This document shows positions 35,601-50,600 of a DNA stretch of 64,000 bases, in pieces. The DNA is from Camelus dromedarius (Eukaryota). Every line of letters begins with the position of its first letter. Positions within the stretch are counted from its first letter, which is position 1. A program made the translations under genes and the position numbers. The notes below the pieces were generated by a model, which had not been told where the DNA came from, did no database searches, and saw only the letters and a program-made list of their open reading frames with translations. The stretch lies in contig NC_087437.1 in the NCBI RefSeq assembly GCF_036321535.1, forward strand, positions 71,550,001-71,614,000, given 5' to 3'.

Positions 35601-38600
35601 GAACAGGCTGCCAGGAGATTTCATTTTTACACCAGTTGGCTACCTATTCCGACTAGTTTCATGTTTTGCTTCAAAAGTTGAGGAGAAAATGAAGGAAACC
35701 ACTAGGCTTTGCAGAAGGATGTAAAAGGAAAAATCCTCTCGAATTAAAAACTGGGCAAGGAAAGTCATGTAAAATTGGGTAGAGCCGAGGGGAGAGTTAG
35801 GACTGGCATCTGAGACCGGTTGCCAGAGAGACTGAGACAGCCTGTGCTCCCAGCTGCCCTGCACTCAGCACGGCTTGTCTCATCCCTCCTGGACCCTGCT
35901 GTTTGCTGAAAGGCTGGTTCAGTAACAGCTCCATCCAGGGAAGGGTCTGATTGGTCCTTTGGTTTTGAAATCTACAAACATGTCAGGTTTGTCAAGCTCT
36001 CCCACTTGAGAAAGGAACCTCCTCTCGGGCTGCACCCAAGGTCGTGGTAACAGCCTACGTGGTCCCCGAGGCCTGGGAGGCAGGCTTTGTCCGTCTCTCT
36101 TTCCAGTTGGTAACTGAATTTCTGCACAGGCTCTGTAACAAGGACGTGAAACGCAGGGTTTCTCCACTAATAGAGCCACTGGAGGAAATGTTTTTAGAGC
36201 ATAGAGCCTTGCACAGAGGCCCTCAGATTACCAGAGGCCCCTGTCTTAAGCTCTAAGTGATGAACGGAGAGCACGGTGTTTGTCCATTCACATCAGAAAG
36301 AAAGTCCCTCTGTGGCCTGAAGCTGCTGTTTATTAGCACTATTTCTACTTCACCTGGGCTCCAGGGTCTTATCTCCTTCTTTACTCCAGGAAGTATGAAA
36401 GAAATTCCTTTTTTTTTTTTTTGCTTTTTAGTACAGTTGGAGCCACTGTCAACATGCTTCTTTCAAATACAACTTTAAAAACTGCAGGCAAATCAAAGAA
36501 AAACAAATGCAGGAGAGCTGACAGATTTTCCAAATGCTGCTTCCTATCATTACATAACTATCACAGAGCTGCCACCAACTTGGCACATGATAGGGACCTG
36601 GCTCTGCTTCATCCACCTCAGGCGTATCAAAGGTGCAAGCATTAGGCCCAGTTCCTCACATGTCTAGTTCCACACTGATTCGGGCAGACAACATGCCAAA
36701 TCTAGTGGGATCCCCTTCCTTTTTCAGGCACAGCTCCTAGCATTTCTTCTGGGCATCAGCCCCTGGGGCATTTCCTGTAGCTCTGAGCTCTATTAAGTTT
36801 CCTGAAGCCCCCTAGGTCACAGCGATACTGGCCCTTAGGAGATAAAGACATTTCTGAATCCTTGCTCTTCTCCAAAGACATTCCTCCCCTGAATGTCTCA
36901 GATTAGCTTTCAATAAGGTCCCACACATTCTCTGTCTCTTCCTCCAGGCTGGTTTCTCAGTGCTCTGCTTGAGATGATTAAGAATCACTAACTGGTTCTT
37001 ACCTATGGTAGAGCTTGTCTTCTTTGCTCTTGTTTGAAGCACCAAAGTCTTGCCTCACCAGTGGTCAGGCGCCACCTTTCTCAGTAGCTTCTCTGCACTA
37101 CAAAGGTTCCTTACTTCCTCCCTATTGCAAAGCTCTTTGTGCTGAGCACTCCTATTCCCTACTTCCTAACTAAACTGGGATTTTCTTCAGGCATCCCTAC
37201 CTGAGCCTGGCAGCCCACATTTTTAAGTCAGTGATTCTCAACTGGGGGTGGGGGGAACGTTTTGCCCCGAAGAGGACACTTGATAATGTCTGGAGATATT
37301 TTTAGTTGTCACAGGGAGGGAGTGTACTACTGAATTCTAGTAGGTAGAGGTGAAGGATGCATTTAAACATCCTACAGTGTACAGGGCAGCTCCCAGCAGC
37401 AAAGAATCATCTATCTGGCTGTAATGTCAATAATGTTAAGTCTGAGGAACCCTGGTCTAAAAAAAGAAGACCTCACCCGAATTCTATAAGCAGGCTTGAC
37501 TAATCTGTAGGTAAATCTATTCCTTTGCAGTGACTGGTTTAGCAATAAGTATATGGTCCACTCTAGGCCAATGAAACATGAGAGAGGTTGGTAGGTGCTT
37601 CTGAAAAAGTCCTTGCCTCTGGACCTTCTCAGGTGAGGGCATAAACCTGGCCATCTCACCAGCAGCCCTAGGGGCAAAGCAGAGCCTATGGAATGACAGG
37701 AAAAAGGACCAGTACAACTGGAGTCAGTCATGCCTGAAGCCCACTCTTCTGCTCAACTTCCAGGAGATGAGACATTCCTTATTGTCTAGGTATATTTATG
37801 ATGTACTTTGTTGTCACTTGCAGCCACGTGAATTCAACTGATGCATCTTTATTCTTTCTTTTGGCAGTGGGGAGGGGTCCCTCATGCATTCCTGCTTGCC
37901 GTCTGAAGGGTGCCTCTAGCTCTCAGCTCACTTTCAGAGCCTTCTTGATTTTAGACAATGATCTGGCTCAAGTCCCAGCTCTGTCCACCAATGCTTCACT
38001 GTACAGGAGACCCTTCCGAACATGGAATTCCTTTCATTATCATTGCAGTAATAAAATGACTTCACTCATACAATAAAAATAACAGCCCATCCATTCACAG
38101 CACACCAGGGGGACCCACCTGATCAGGCTCTCTAAGTTTAACTAGGCCTGAAAGAAGAGCAAAACCTGGAAAGCTCTGGAGGAAAAAGGATGAGACCTAG
38201 AGAGACGACATTTCATCTTAACATTTTATGAATAAAACGGGAAGTAGTGCTTGGCATTTTAAAGACACTAGAGCATGTGTCCTTTTATGTACACATGACT
38301 GTTGAATGTTATTGAAACAGACTGCCTGGGTGGCTGGAAAAACAAACACACTGACATTAAGGAAGACAAAAGTCAAAGGAAGGCAGAGGGAGAGATGCTC
38401 CTGCTGGGTGGGGCCTGGGGTCCTTTTATGTCTTTCTGAGATCCTGTGGGCTCATTTAAGCATAGAAAACACACAACTCAACATCTGCTGCATGTGACTT
38501 AAAAATCAGGTCTCACCTCATCAGTCCTTTTCCACATGCCAGCTAGTTTGTGGACAGAGAGTAACTCATGCTGATTTAGGCTTTTCAAAAACAAGACACT

Positions 38601-41600
38601 TGCAAAAGGCACAAACTTCCAGTTATAAAAGATAAGTCCTGGGGATGTAATGGACCACATGATGACTATCGTTAATAATACTGTGTGTATATTTGAAACT
38701 TGCTAAAAGAATAGATCTTAAGAGTTCTCATCACAAGAAAAAAATTGTCACTATGTGTGGTGATGAATGGTAATCAGACTTCTTGTGGTGATCATTTTAC
38801 AATATATACAAATACAGAGTCATGTTGTACACCCAAAATTTATACATTATATATCAATTATATCTCAATTTTTAAATTAGGACATTTAATTTAAAAATGT
38901 TTTATTGAAAGATCAAGCAACTGAATTTCTCTGTTCAAAATATCAGAGTGGAGGAAAAGGCATATCACGATGGTTGGATAATCAGTTACTCTGGATTTTC
39001 TGAAGTAATTATACTCTATTACACTTGCTAGATTAAAATATTTCAGTTTTCTAGATCCTCAAACAAAAAACCCTCTATCCCAATTTGGGAAAAGTACACT
39101 CTGCATTCGTGTTGACACAATAAATCCTTACTGTTGTTCACAAATGAGCTTTGGGATAAGATAGGTATGAACAACTTATATCCCAGAAAAGATTAAACTT
39201 TTAAAAAAGATGAATGGCTGACAGATGGGCTGTGGAGAAGTACAAGGAACACTCCAAGCGAAGGTCCTTAGTGTGAGCTCCATATCTCAGTAATTATCAA
39301 CTATAAAAATTGGCTCTCACTAGCTCTGTTTTCTAAACACTGCAGATTAGACCACTCTGGGGGATAGAAACCAAGGGGGGGTTTGGAAATCACAGAAGGC
39401 AGAGAGACAGAAGTACCAAATGGGATGTTGCCACATTCTTGACATCATTTTGAATCAAAATCAGGGATTTTTCTTACCATCATTGGAACCAAAGCTTCCA
39501 TCAATGGATTTTCTCTGAAACCTGCAAACAAGCACATACACATGCTCCTAAGACAGCAAAAACCCCAGCATTTTATACTCGTTCCCTATAGACTTTGTTG
39601 CAGATTTCTCTGTGAGGACAAATGGGCCCTAAAAATGGGCCTTTGGATGTGCAGAAACTGGAACTCTGATACATTGCTTGTGGGACTGTAAAATGGAGCA
39701 GGGACTTTGAAAAACCATTTGGCAATTCCTTAAAAGTTAAACAGAGATACAACATGACCCAGCAATTCCACGCCTAGGCACACACATGCATACATACATA
39801 TATGCATTCATTAATTTTATTTTCATCTTCATTTATTTTCAGGTAGTTCACATGCCATAAAGTTCACCCTAAAGATAAATTTTGCACCCTAAAATGTGCA
39901 CAATTCAGTGAACTTTAGTGTGTTCACAAAGCTGTGCAACCATCACTGTTACCTAGTTCCAGAACATTTTCATCATCTCCCAAAGAAATCTCAACTCATA
40001 CCAGTCACTCCCCGTCCTCCCTTCCTCCCAGCCCCTGGCAACCACTAATGCACTTCCTGTCTCTATACATTTGCCTATTCTGGACATTTCATATAAATGG
40101 AATAGTAGTTTAGGTGGTCTTTTTGTTTGGCTTCTCTCACTTAGCATAATGCTTTCAAGATTCATCTGTGTGGTACATGAATCAACACTTCAGTCATTTT
40201 ATGGCTGTGTAATATTGCATTGTATGGGTGTACCATGTTTCATTTATTTGTTTACATTTGATGTACATTTTGGCTGTTTCCACTTTTTAGCTATCATGAA
40301 CAACCCTGCTATGAACATTTGTGTACAAGTATTTGTCTGGATATATGTGTTAAATTCTCTTGGGTGTATTCCTAGGAATGGAAGTGCTGGGTGTCAAGTA
40401 TGTTTAACTTTTTTTCCTAAACTGTTTTCCACAGCAGCTTTATAGCAGGAACTATTTTACATTCCCACTAAGCAATGTGGGAAGTTCCAATTTCTCCACA
40501 TCCTTACCAACTCTTGTTATTTTCCATTTAAACAATTTTATCATAACCATCCTAGTGGCTATAAAATGATAGCTCATTGTAGTTTTGCTTTGCATTGCGC
40601 TGATGGCTCATGACGTTGGGCATCTCTTCACATGCTTATTGGCCATTTGTGTGTTTCCTTTGGAGAAATGTCTATTCAATTCAAAAAGTGCCATTTTTAA
40701 ATGGAGATATTTTTCTTTCTGTCTGGGTTGTAAGAATTCTTTAGTTGGGATACTAGACTCTTATGGGATATATGATTTGCAAGCATTTTATCCAATTTTG
40801 TGTGTTATATTTTCACTTCCTTGACAATATCCTTTAAAAACACAAAAGTTTTAATTTTGATGAAGTCCAATTTACCTATTTTTTTTCTTTTGTTACTTGT
40901 GCTTTTGGTGTTGTGTCTAAGAAACTATCACCTAATTCAAGGTCACAAAGATTTACACCTATGTTTTCTTCTAAGAGTTTTATAGATTTGGCTCTTTTAT
41001 TTAGATCTTTGTTGTATTTTGAGTTAATTTTTGTATATGGTGTGAAGTAGGGGTACAACTTCCTTTGACTCTCTTGCCTCCCTCTTATAAGGACCCTTGT
41101 GATTACACGATACCCACATGGATAATCCAGGATAATCTCCGTAACTATCATATCTGCAAAATCTCTTTTGCCACATAAAGTAACGTATTCACAGGTTCTG
41201 AATATTAGAACATGGACATCTTTTGGGGGCCGTTATTCTGTCTACTATACCATCCTAACAATATTAAGTCTTCCAATCCATGAACACAGAATGCCTCTTC
41301 ATCTATTTATGTCCTCTTTAATTTTTTTCAAGAATGTTCTGTAGTTTTCAATATACAATCTTAAATTTAATTTGTTAAATCTCTTAAGTATTTTATTATT
41401 TTTGAATGCTATTGTAAATTAAATTGTTTTCTTAATTTCATGTTTGAATTGTGCATTGCTAGTGTATAGAAATACAGTTGATTTATGCATATTGATCTTG
41501 TAATCTTGGTGAACTCGGTTTCTTTTTGGAGGTGATGAAAATTAGATAGCAGTGATGGTTGTGCAACTGTGAATATACTACAGCCACTAAATTTTAAAAA

Positions 41601-44600
41601 GGGTGAATTTTATGGTCTATGAATTAATGCCTTAATAAAGCTATTATTTTTAAAACCAGGTATATTAAATGGAAATGTCTATCAAAAATTAAAATGTGAA
41701 TTACCTTCTTCCCCCAAATGAGTCTCCCTTTTGGATGTCAGGTTGGAGTAGGGGGAGAGGGGAGAAAAGTTGGGGGCTAGACATGCCTGTGCTTTGGTAC
41801 ATGGTCTTATTTACTTTCTGTTGGGGGCTCTAGAAGTTGTGCACTCCTGATCCTGGTATGTTTGGGGGAAGAACTTCTTTTCATACCTCTTCTGTTCCTA
41901 CACCTCATCTTGTATCCTTCCATGGCTGGCTCCTTCTTGCCATTCAGATCTTAGTTCTGAGAAGTCTTTCCTGCTGAACAAATCAACTCTAAAGTAGCTT
42001 CCCCAAACCAATCATCTGTCACACCACTTGTTTGTTCTCCTCCTGTCACTAGCTGAAATTATTTTCTTATTAGTTGCTTGCTTGCTTATACATTTTTCCT
42101 TTGTACAGTGTAAGCTCTATTAGTGCTGGGATCTAGACTGTCTGGTTCACCACTGTATCTCCTACCTTTAGGCCAGGGCCCAGCACACAGGAAATAACTT
42201 AATATTTGTTGAGTAAACAAGACATGTTATTAAGGAGAGCAGTTACAATTGGGTCTGAATGTTCTAGCTGGCAAATGAAGGTCTAGTGAAGTCCCTTTAA
42301 AAAAACAATTTTAGTGATGTTAACTAGCAAGCAATTACACGAACTCATAAGAGACGATGTGTTTGGATTATGTTTGTATTATTACAGGCTTTATGTACAT
42401 TTGTCTTAGGTTTTGGAGTTGATAAAATTCTTTATTAGAGGATTTAAATGATTTGTGAAGCTAGGATGAGGCAGGCAGTATCCAGTGAACAAAGGGGAAA
42501 AGAGTAAATGAGAACCATGCTAGACTGGTTGAAAAATGGCTACACCTCATCTTGTATCCAGCTATTCCATCAACAGTGGAGTCTATATCTTCACCTCTTG
42601 AATCTGGACTGGCCTCATCACTTGTTTTGGCTAATAAATAGAAGGAGGGGGAAGTGATATCATGCCACTTTTGAATCTACATCTTAAGGAGGCCTTGCGT
42701 TCTTCTTCTACCTGTCGGAGATACAATAACCCAGGGCTAGGCTGCTGGAGGATGAGAGACAAAGGGGAGCAGGCCAGTCTAGAAGAGCCGGCTCCTCACT
42801 GACCGGCTAGTAGATTTCACTCCATGACCACACCCAGCTGAGATCTCTGAGCCTCATCCAGATCAGCAGAATCTTCCAGCTGACGCATAGACTTGGGAAC
42901 AAATGCAACTACATATATATATATGTATATGGTTGCATGCCAGTGGAGTTTTATGGCCAATTTTTATGCAGCACTATTATGGCAATAGATAACTAATACA
43001 GGAATCAAGGGAATGACGAGTAATCAGGATCATGCAGTTTGAACTCAATGTCTGGCAGGGTGACCAAGAGGCAGGATTAATGTAGGCCGTGCTTGGCCCA
43101 GGGCCTGCCATTCACTGTGGGGACTCCATAAATACTTGTTGAATGAATTGGGGCTGGAGGGTGGGAAGGGAATGGAGTTTAGGGTTGAGCAAATATAGCA
43201 TAAAAACACTTTGGATTCTTAGCTCCCTGAGGGCAGGCACCATGTCACTTATCAGTGTTTTCATCCTGATCTCATAGCATGTACTGCAAAGCCCATATAT
43301 ATTAGGAATAACATATGGGGCGCTCAACAAGCAAATGGCATTCTGCTCCAGGACTGGCTCGACTTGGTTTTGAAGAAAACTTTGTTATTTCTGCTTAGTT
43401 CAATGAAGGAAGAGTTCTGTTAGCATTTCCCTCAGTCTGTTTAGAATGCCAAGTAGTTCTTATGCCTTATGTCTCCAGATTTCTATTTTCAGTTTCTCTA
43501 TATTTGGAAAGAATCCATGCTTATGCAGTTGACTGTAGCAAAACAGTCTGGCCGCTAGAGGTTTCAACAGAGCCTTGGACCACAACTTCCAAAAACTCTG
43601 CTTGCTTAGGCAGGCCGAATAACAACACTAGGGAGATTGATATCCAGCTATTAGCTTCATTTTTTGTCTGTTTGTATGTTGATTATAACTGCTAGCTATC
43701 TAAAGAGATGAGATCTTACTTTCTAAAATCTAAAACATCAGCAGGAGAGACCATCTTCCTAAGACAGGCAGAAGAGATGAACTTCTTTTTCCATTATGTT
43801 TAAGTACATTGGAGTTAAAATTGGCAGCTTTTTGCACCCCTTTTGAACCAAATCCAAGCTGGGGTGCCAGGCTTTTGATCTGGTCTCCTTGATCAGGACT
43901 GCCCTCCCTCACATGCCCTGACCACTCCAGACCTATCTTGACCAGCTTGCTTAAGAGCTAAGGCTCTGGAGCCAGGCTGCCTGGGTTCAAATCCCATCTC
44001 CTTCATTTACTGGATGTGAATTCTTGGTCAAATTGCTTGACCTCTCAATGCCTGAATCTCCTCAACTGTCAAATGATGATAATGCTAGTACTTACTGTAG
44101 GGGGGCTTTAAATGAGATAATCTGCTTAGAGGGCCCCCCCACAGTACCTGATGTAGAACACTTATTCAGTGTTAATGATTGTGACCTGAAAAGTTAATTG
44201 AGCTGATAATCAGTTAATGTATATACTTTCCAGGTATAATATTGGCCTGTAGGCTAGAGTTTTTGTTTCTAACTTTTTATTTGAAAATAATTTCAAATCT
44301 ACAGAAAAGCTGTACGAAGAAGAACAGAATATAGAACACCCATATATGTTCTATACTTTTTGGAATATTTCCAAAGAATAAATATTCTCTTATATAACCA
44401 CAGTGTAGTTGTCAAATTCAGCACATTTAACATTGATATGATACTCTTATCGAATCTACTGTCTTTATTACAGTTTTGTCAATTGACCCAATAATGTCCT
44501 TTATAGCATATTTTTCTTCTAATAAAGGATCCAATCTGAGGTCAGGTATTGTCTTCAGCTGCCATATGTCTTTAGTCTCCTTCAATATGGAACATTTCCA

Positions 44601-47600
44601 CAGCCATTTTTTTTTTGGTCTTTTGTGACACATTTCAATGGAATGGTCATCATTTGGAGTTCATCTAAATTTTCCCTCGTGATTATATTCCAAATGTGTA
44701 TTTCTGGCTAGAATACTGCCGAAGTGATACTGTGTCCTTCTCAGAGTGTCACATCTGGAGGCACACAGTGTCCATCTTCCCCTTGGTCATATTAATTTTG
44801 ATCACCCTGTCAATCATCTCGTTTCTCTATTGGGTAGTTTCTGTTTTTTCCCTTTCAACTCCTAAGCAATTTGTGGGGATCCACTGTAAGACCATGCAGA
44901 TACCTTGATCCTCATCAGAAGTTCCTCCTAGTTTTAATGTTCATTGATGATTCTTAACCTGACCTCTGCAGAATGGTGATTTTCCAGGGCCAGCACTCTC
45001 CTTATTTACCAGTGTTTGGTGTTCTGCTGTGGGCAAGAGTCCTCCCTTCTATGTCAGTATTTGCTAACAGCTCCTTTCCCTAATGTGTATCTGTCTGAGT
45101 AACTTCATTGAATTCATTGGATGTATATCTGCAAGCATTTAGGTCCATCATCCCTCCCTCCCTCTGTCTCACATTCCCTGCCTGCCTGCCTTCCTTCTCT
45201 GATTGATACGGATTCATGAATTTCTGTTTTTCTCAGTGGTTTATAACTTACTATTCTTCTTAATTATTTTGGTGCTCAAATTGTCCCAGATATGACCAAC
45301 AGTAGTCCTGGGGGTTTTGAAGTCAGTTTCTCAACAGAAAAGCTTCATAAAGATCACAGAAGGGGGTTATTTTTTAAGTCAGAGGTAGGCCTGTATCACT
45401 GGGATAGCTGTATCACTGTGGCAGCCGTGAGGTTTTTCTACAGATGAGGCTAATCTTGCCCAACAGTCTGAAAACACTGCGCTGGCTTTGTGTTCTTTCC
45501 ATGCTCAAGAGGAGAGAGAACATTTGTTATTGTACCTCCTGCCAGTCCTCTGTAGTTGTTTCACAGAGACCAAAACAAACGATGGAATTCTCGAAGTTCA
45601 GGCCTGCTCAGACATGTGAGGGAAGACTGGAGCTCTTTTCACTGGGGCTCCAAACTCTTGGGGAGAGAAAGTTCCTTGGTCAAACTACAGCATGATTCTC
45701 TCTCTCTTTTTTTTTTTTTTTTTTTCTCTCAGGGAACATTTTACTGTAAAATTGATGCTACCACAATGAGAAAGCACCTGGTAATATAGTATCAAGATGT
45801 ATCTGTCACTCTTGCTATTTATTATACCTCAAGATTTACCTTAGGCATTAATTTTACTTTTTGATGGAATGTTTAAAGCTGTTTCTAAATCTCCATATTA
45901 GGTAGAACTCATTTCCTACATTCCATATTTATATTGAGTATTTTCTGGTGTTAAAAAAATACCCAAGCTGTCTTTCTATTGAAGTTTCATTAACTATGAA
46001 AATAACTATCAGCACTTGCTCAGTGCAGAATATTGACATAAACACTGCAATTATGCTAGTCTATGAGGTAAATTATTATCTCATTTTACAGATGAGGAAA
46101 CCAAAGCACAGAAATGTTAAGTAACTTCCCCAAGATCACACGGTTAGTGACTAAGGTAGAAGGTAGATCTGAATCCAGTCAATATGGCTCTAAAGTCTAA
46201 TGTGCTAATCACTAAAAGCAGAGACAGTTGAAGGGATTGACATTTCTTGAAACCCTTGACATACCTGATAAAATGAACCAACGCAACACACAGGCATCCC
46301 AAGTAGAAGGAGAGGAAGATGAGGAAACTGAGAAGAATGGATTTCACATAAACGGATTCTGAGGGGAGAGAAACAACTTTGGTCAGGATTTCCTCAGGAG
46401 AAAAGAGGACCGTGTTTGGGACAGGACAGCGTCAAGGGCCCATCTGCATCACACCCATTCTTAATTCCTAAGATATCTGCATTCAAAGCAGCAAAGCTAC
46501 TGGATATCCCCCAGACATGATCCATAAATGGCTGCCTTTCATGGCAGTGACTTCCCAGGGGAAGCCGGGAAGGGGCTTCCCATACATACTTCGTAATTGA
46601 GTTCCCTTCCCTTCTGCAAGGGATTTAACAGAGTGGTTTGATTCTCTCTTCTATCTCTAAAATAAACATTAATTTTATTATGTTTCTCTGGAAGGATGAC
46701 ATTAGCATTGAGTTACATGATCGACTTCCTGCCATAGGAATCCCTTCACTGAATCTTAGTGCCAATACTGACTTTTAATGGAAGGAACAATGGTCACTTT
46801 AAGGTTCTTTGCACGTTGTAGATTCCAGGTCTGGTTCTCCTTTTCTGGTAAAAAAGAACAAAGCACAATGGATCAGATTCTAGGTTCCTGACCTCTCCTC
46901 TGAACAGTTGTTTCAAAACTGTCCAGAATTAACCCTGGTTGCTGAATTTTCTTTTAGCAAAAACTGCAGGAAAACCCAACCCCCCAACCTTCAAACCATC
47001 TAATACTCCTTTTGGTTAAAACTTTCAATTTAGCCTTTGCTTGGGTGCATTTTGGTAGCACTAAGGGACGTAAATGAGACTGCAGCCTCCCTCCTTGAAT
47101 GAAGAAGGCGTGACCCTTCTCCCGATATCATACAACTCAGTCTGCCACAGACATCTGAAGAAAACAGCAGCAAAAAAATAGATAGCTACTTTATCTTCCG
47201 GTTTGCATTTTTCTAGCCAGTGACAATTTGTTTTTTCTTATATTAAAGAACTTCTAGTTTACTGGGGACATCAGACATTGGCAAAACTCTGGAGCTATGT
47301 AATTAAGAGATTAAAGAACATACAAGAAGAAAATTCACCTAGCTACCGAGGGAATGATGTTACACTCAGCAGTACTCTCCGTGCTGATCACATATCCCCA
47401 TCAGCTGCTGGGGGTCTGTGTTTTCAATCAGTAGCCTATTCCATTCCCAAGATACTTACTGGGTAGTTACCCATGACCATTTGTGCTGTCCCTAAGAGCT
47501 CACACAGTCTCTGTCATTGGGATTAGTCTTACCACTTTACTTACTTACTGTCTTGAAAGGGGCAATTTTGGCAACAGGAATTGAAACCCCTGAATTTTCC

Positions 47601-50600
47601 TTGTGGAAATGATGACTGCTGATAAATGTAAGTGGGCCCGTTACTGCTAGCTACCAAAATGACGTTAGAAGGTGATCCTTGACCTGCCATACAAGGTCAT
47701 CACTTCATAGTCATAAATATTTGTTGAGTGAACGGCCAGCAGAGTGAACGTACCTCACATGGTTGGAGGGAGTACAAGACTTTAAACAGATTCAACGCAC
47801 TGAATGGCATTTTGTAGTATCCATACTGTCTTGAGATCTATTATTTTCTTCCCTTTATTTTTTTCCTCAAATATGCTCAGACTGCTTGGCCAAGCCACTG
47901 CTGCCGAATCTCACTTAGTGGGAACTAGAGAAGGTCAAGAGGGATTGGAAGGCGCCAAAATCAGTTACTGGCTCCTTTCCATGCTGTTCTATTCGGCTTT
48001 TCTAAGTAGCCATATTAGAAGAGAATATATTAACATTTATTATGTAAATAATATACTAGCATTACTATTCCTCACTATTGCTTACCCTGGGTGAAGAAAG
48101 ATCCTCCACAAGCATAATCTTCAGGCTTTATCACAAACACCACAAAGAACTGCCCGCCTGGAAAATCCTTCTTCTGCATGAGAAAGAAAGATAGTGAGAA
48201 GAAGGGAGGAAGTCCAAAATGGTGCAGGTGGGGGCAAAAAGAAAGAGGAAAGAGAAGAAAAGTAAAGCTCACCCCTGCTCCTTAACTCGTTAGAAAGGAT
48301 TTTCACATGCCCATGATCTGCTCCAGATTATCCACAATAAAACAATTGTTACAGCTAAGAAATTAGGTACATACACTGTTCTCATTTCAATCTGTCTTGT
48401 ACCCACTCGTGTGCTTGGAACTATCATAGATCCCATATTAAAAATATGTCCACAACCTATGTAGTAATTGTATATTAAGTTCTTTAAATTAATAAACTTT
48501 ATCTTTTTAGAGCAGTTTTAGCTTGACTTTATTAAGTTTCTATTGATTTAAAATCTAATGAAATATGACTTTCTCAGAAGTCACGTAGTCAACAGTTAAA
48601 TACATAATTTAGGTTAGGGAAGCAAAGGCTCCAATCAGGAGGCCTGAGTCATAGTCCTGGCTTTGACTTTCTCTATATGGGCTTCTCTGTGTCCCAGTTT
48701 CTTATCTGTGAATGAAGATGATCTTTAAGGTCCAGTGTATTTCTACAATTCTGACTTCTTAATTATTTCAAAATTTCTATATTATCTTTAACCTACTGAG
48801 AAAATGGCCCAAGACTGAATCATGGGCTCAAAAGAGAATAATTTATTGCCAAACACATTCAAAGTAGGAATGTACTGAAAAGCTTTGTACTTTGTTAATT
48901 TAGTGTCTGGATGATGTAAAATCTGAGTTTCCTACTATGGTTTTTTATTTTGTCCTTTTTAATTTGGAACCACTTAATGCTAAGGTGCTAAGGGAAAAAT
49001 AAATACTAAAAACAAGAGCAGATATTTGAGATATCAAATCTGAGACATTAGAAAATTAAAGCTTAACAAGGACCTACTGTGTAGCACAGGGACTTATATT
49101 CAATATCTTGTAATAACCTATAATGGAAAATAATCTGAAAAAGAATATATACATATATATACATATATATATCTGAATCACCTTGCTGTACACCTGAAAC
49201 TAACACAACATTGTAAATCAACTAGACTTCAATTGATAAAAAAAAAAGAAAATTAAAGCCTGACTAATAGAAGCTTTTAGGTCTGATCCCTAAATTATAA
49301 TTAATCTTTTCTCATTTATAGCTTATTATTCAATAGACAGTATCTCCTTACCTAGAGAACAGATCAAATTGCAGATACTTCAAGTAAGTACCATTCTAAA
49401 GGCAGGGACGGAATCTCTTTGAAAATATACTGACATGATGCGTGTGTACATTTTTGCTATAAAATTACCATTGAAACAATAATTTAATTATAATACCAAA
49501 AGGGCAAACTGCTGCATAAATGTGGTTCATATTTCCTTGAACCTGTCCATTCTGCCCAGAGTTGAAGTTCTCTTTTGGTCACTGTTAGTAGTATAAATTA
49601 TTAGAATATGTGTTTTTTTTCATTGAAATATAGTTGATTTACATTATTGTGTCAGTAGAATGTGCTTAATTGCTTTAAATGGATCTGATAAACTTTACCC
49701 TAAATTGGCATCCCCTGTTGAGTAGATTGGAATCTTCTGCCCTCATCTCCCTAAGCAATCCGTCATATACATGTCCTGCTGCATCATAGGTTCCCAAGAT
49801 TCCCCAAGGGGGGTGGGGCACCTGGCAGAGCAGCATTGTCCACCAACACCCAGGTGTAGCAATCTTTGTTTTAAAATTGATCAGAAAGGAAAGAGATTCA
49901 AGGCACACAGTGAATGGTAATCCCTTAGGTTTCTCTAAGTCCAGTAGGTAACCTGATTATAAAATGTGCATTATCATTGACAATAATGACCACAGAAGTG
50001 TTGTCTTACCTGTAGTGTGATGGCAGCTTTCTTGGTCATGGACTGATAGATACCATTAAATTCCACATTGTGGTCGAGATCGTACACCGGGCACTGTAAC
50101 GTGCATAAGGCATAAAAAGCATCATTGATGTCATACTATACATACTAAACATACTATCTGGATCACAGAGGAGGGGTCCTTACTGAGCCAGAAACCATCA
50201 AGAGTTTTCTCCCAGAACAGTCATAAAAGAGTCTTCCTAAAACTTGATGCCATGTTCTCTAAAATCAAGGTCACTTTATATCAAAGAGAACTTAAGAGAT
50301 TGTCTTAAAGTATATCACACTTTCTCCATTTTTTACTAACACCTTACAAGGCAGAAAGGGCTTAATGACACAATAAAAATTTTAAAACATAGAACTACAG
50401 TAGGCTTCTGTTTTTCTTGTGCCGCCCACTTGGTCTTCCTTGTTCTTCGTCATGATGCTTCCTCCCTCCCTCCCTCCCTTCCTTCCTTTATCTATTTTGG
50501 TGAAGCGTCAGCTATTCTCTATCTCCCCAGATCAATGGCCACAAACATAGACTGCCCACTTGTGTGCACAAGATGTTTTTATCACTTAGCAGTTTTGTCA

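Noticed and set aside
39953..41151. ORFs with L1-like peptides ([13 protein letters not shown]..., YTKINSK...)
   Set aside because: Decayed L1 ORF2 and 3' UTR remnants; not intact.
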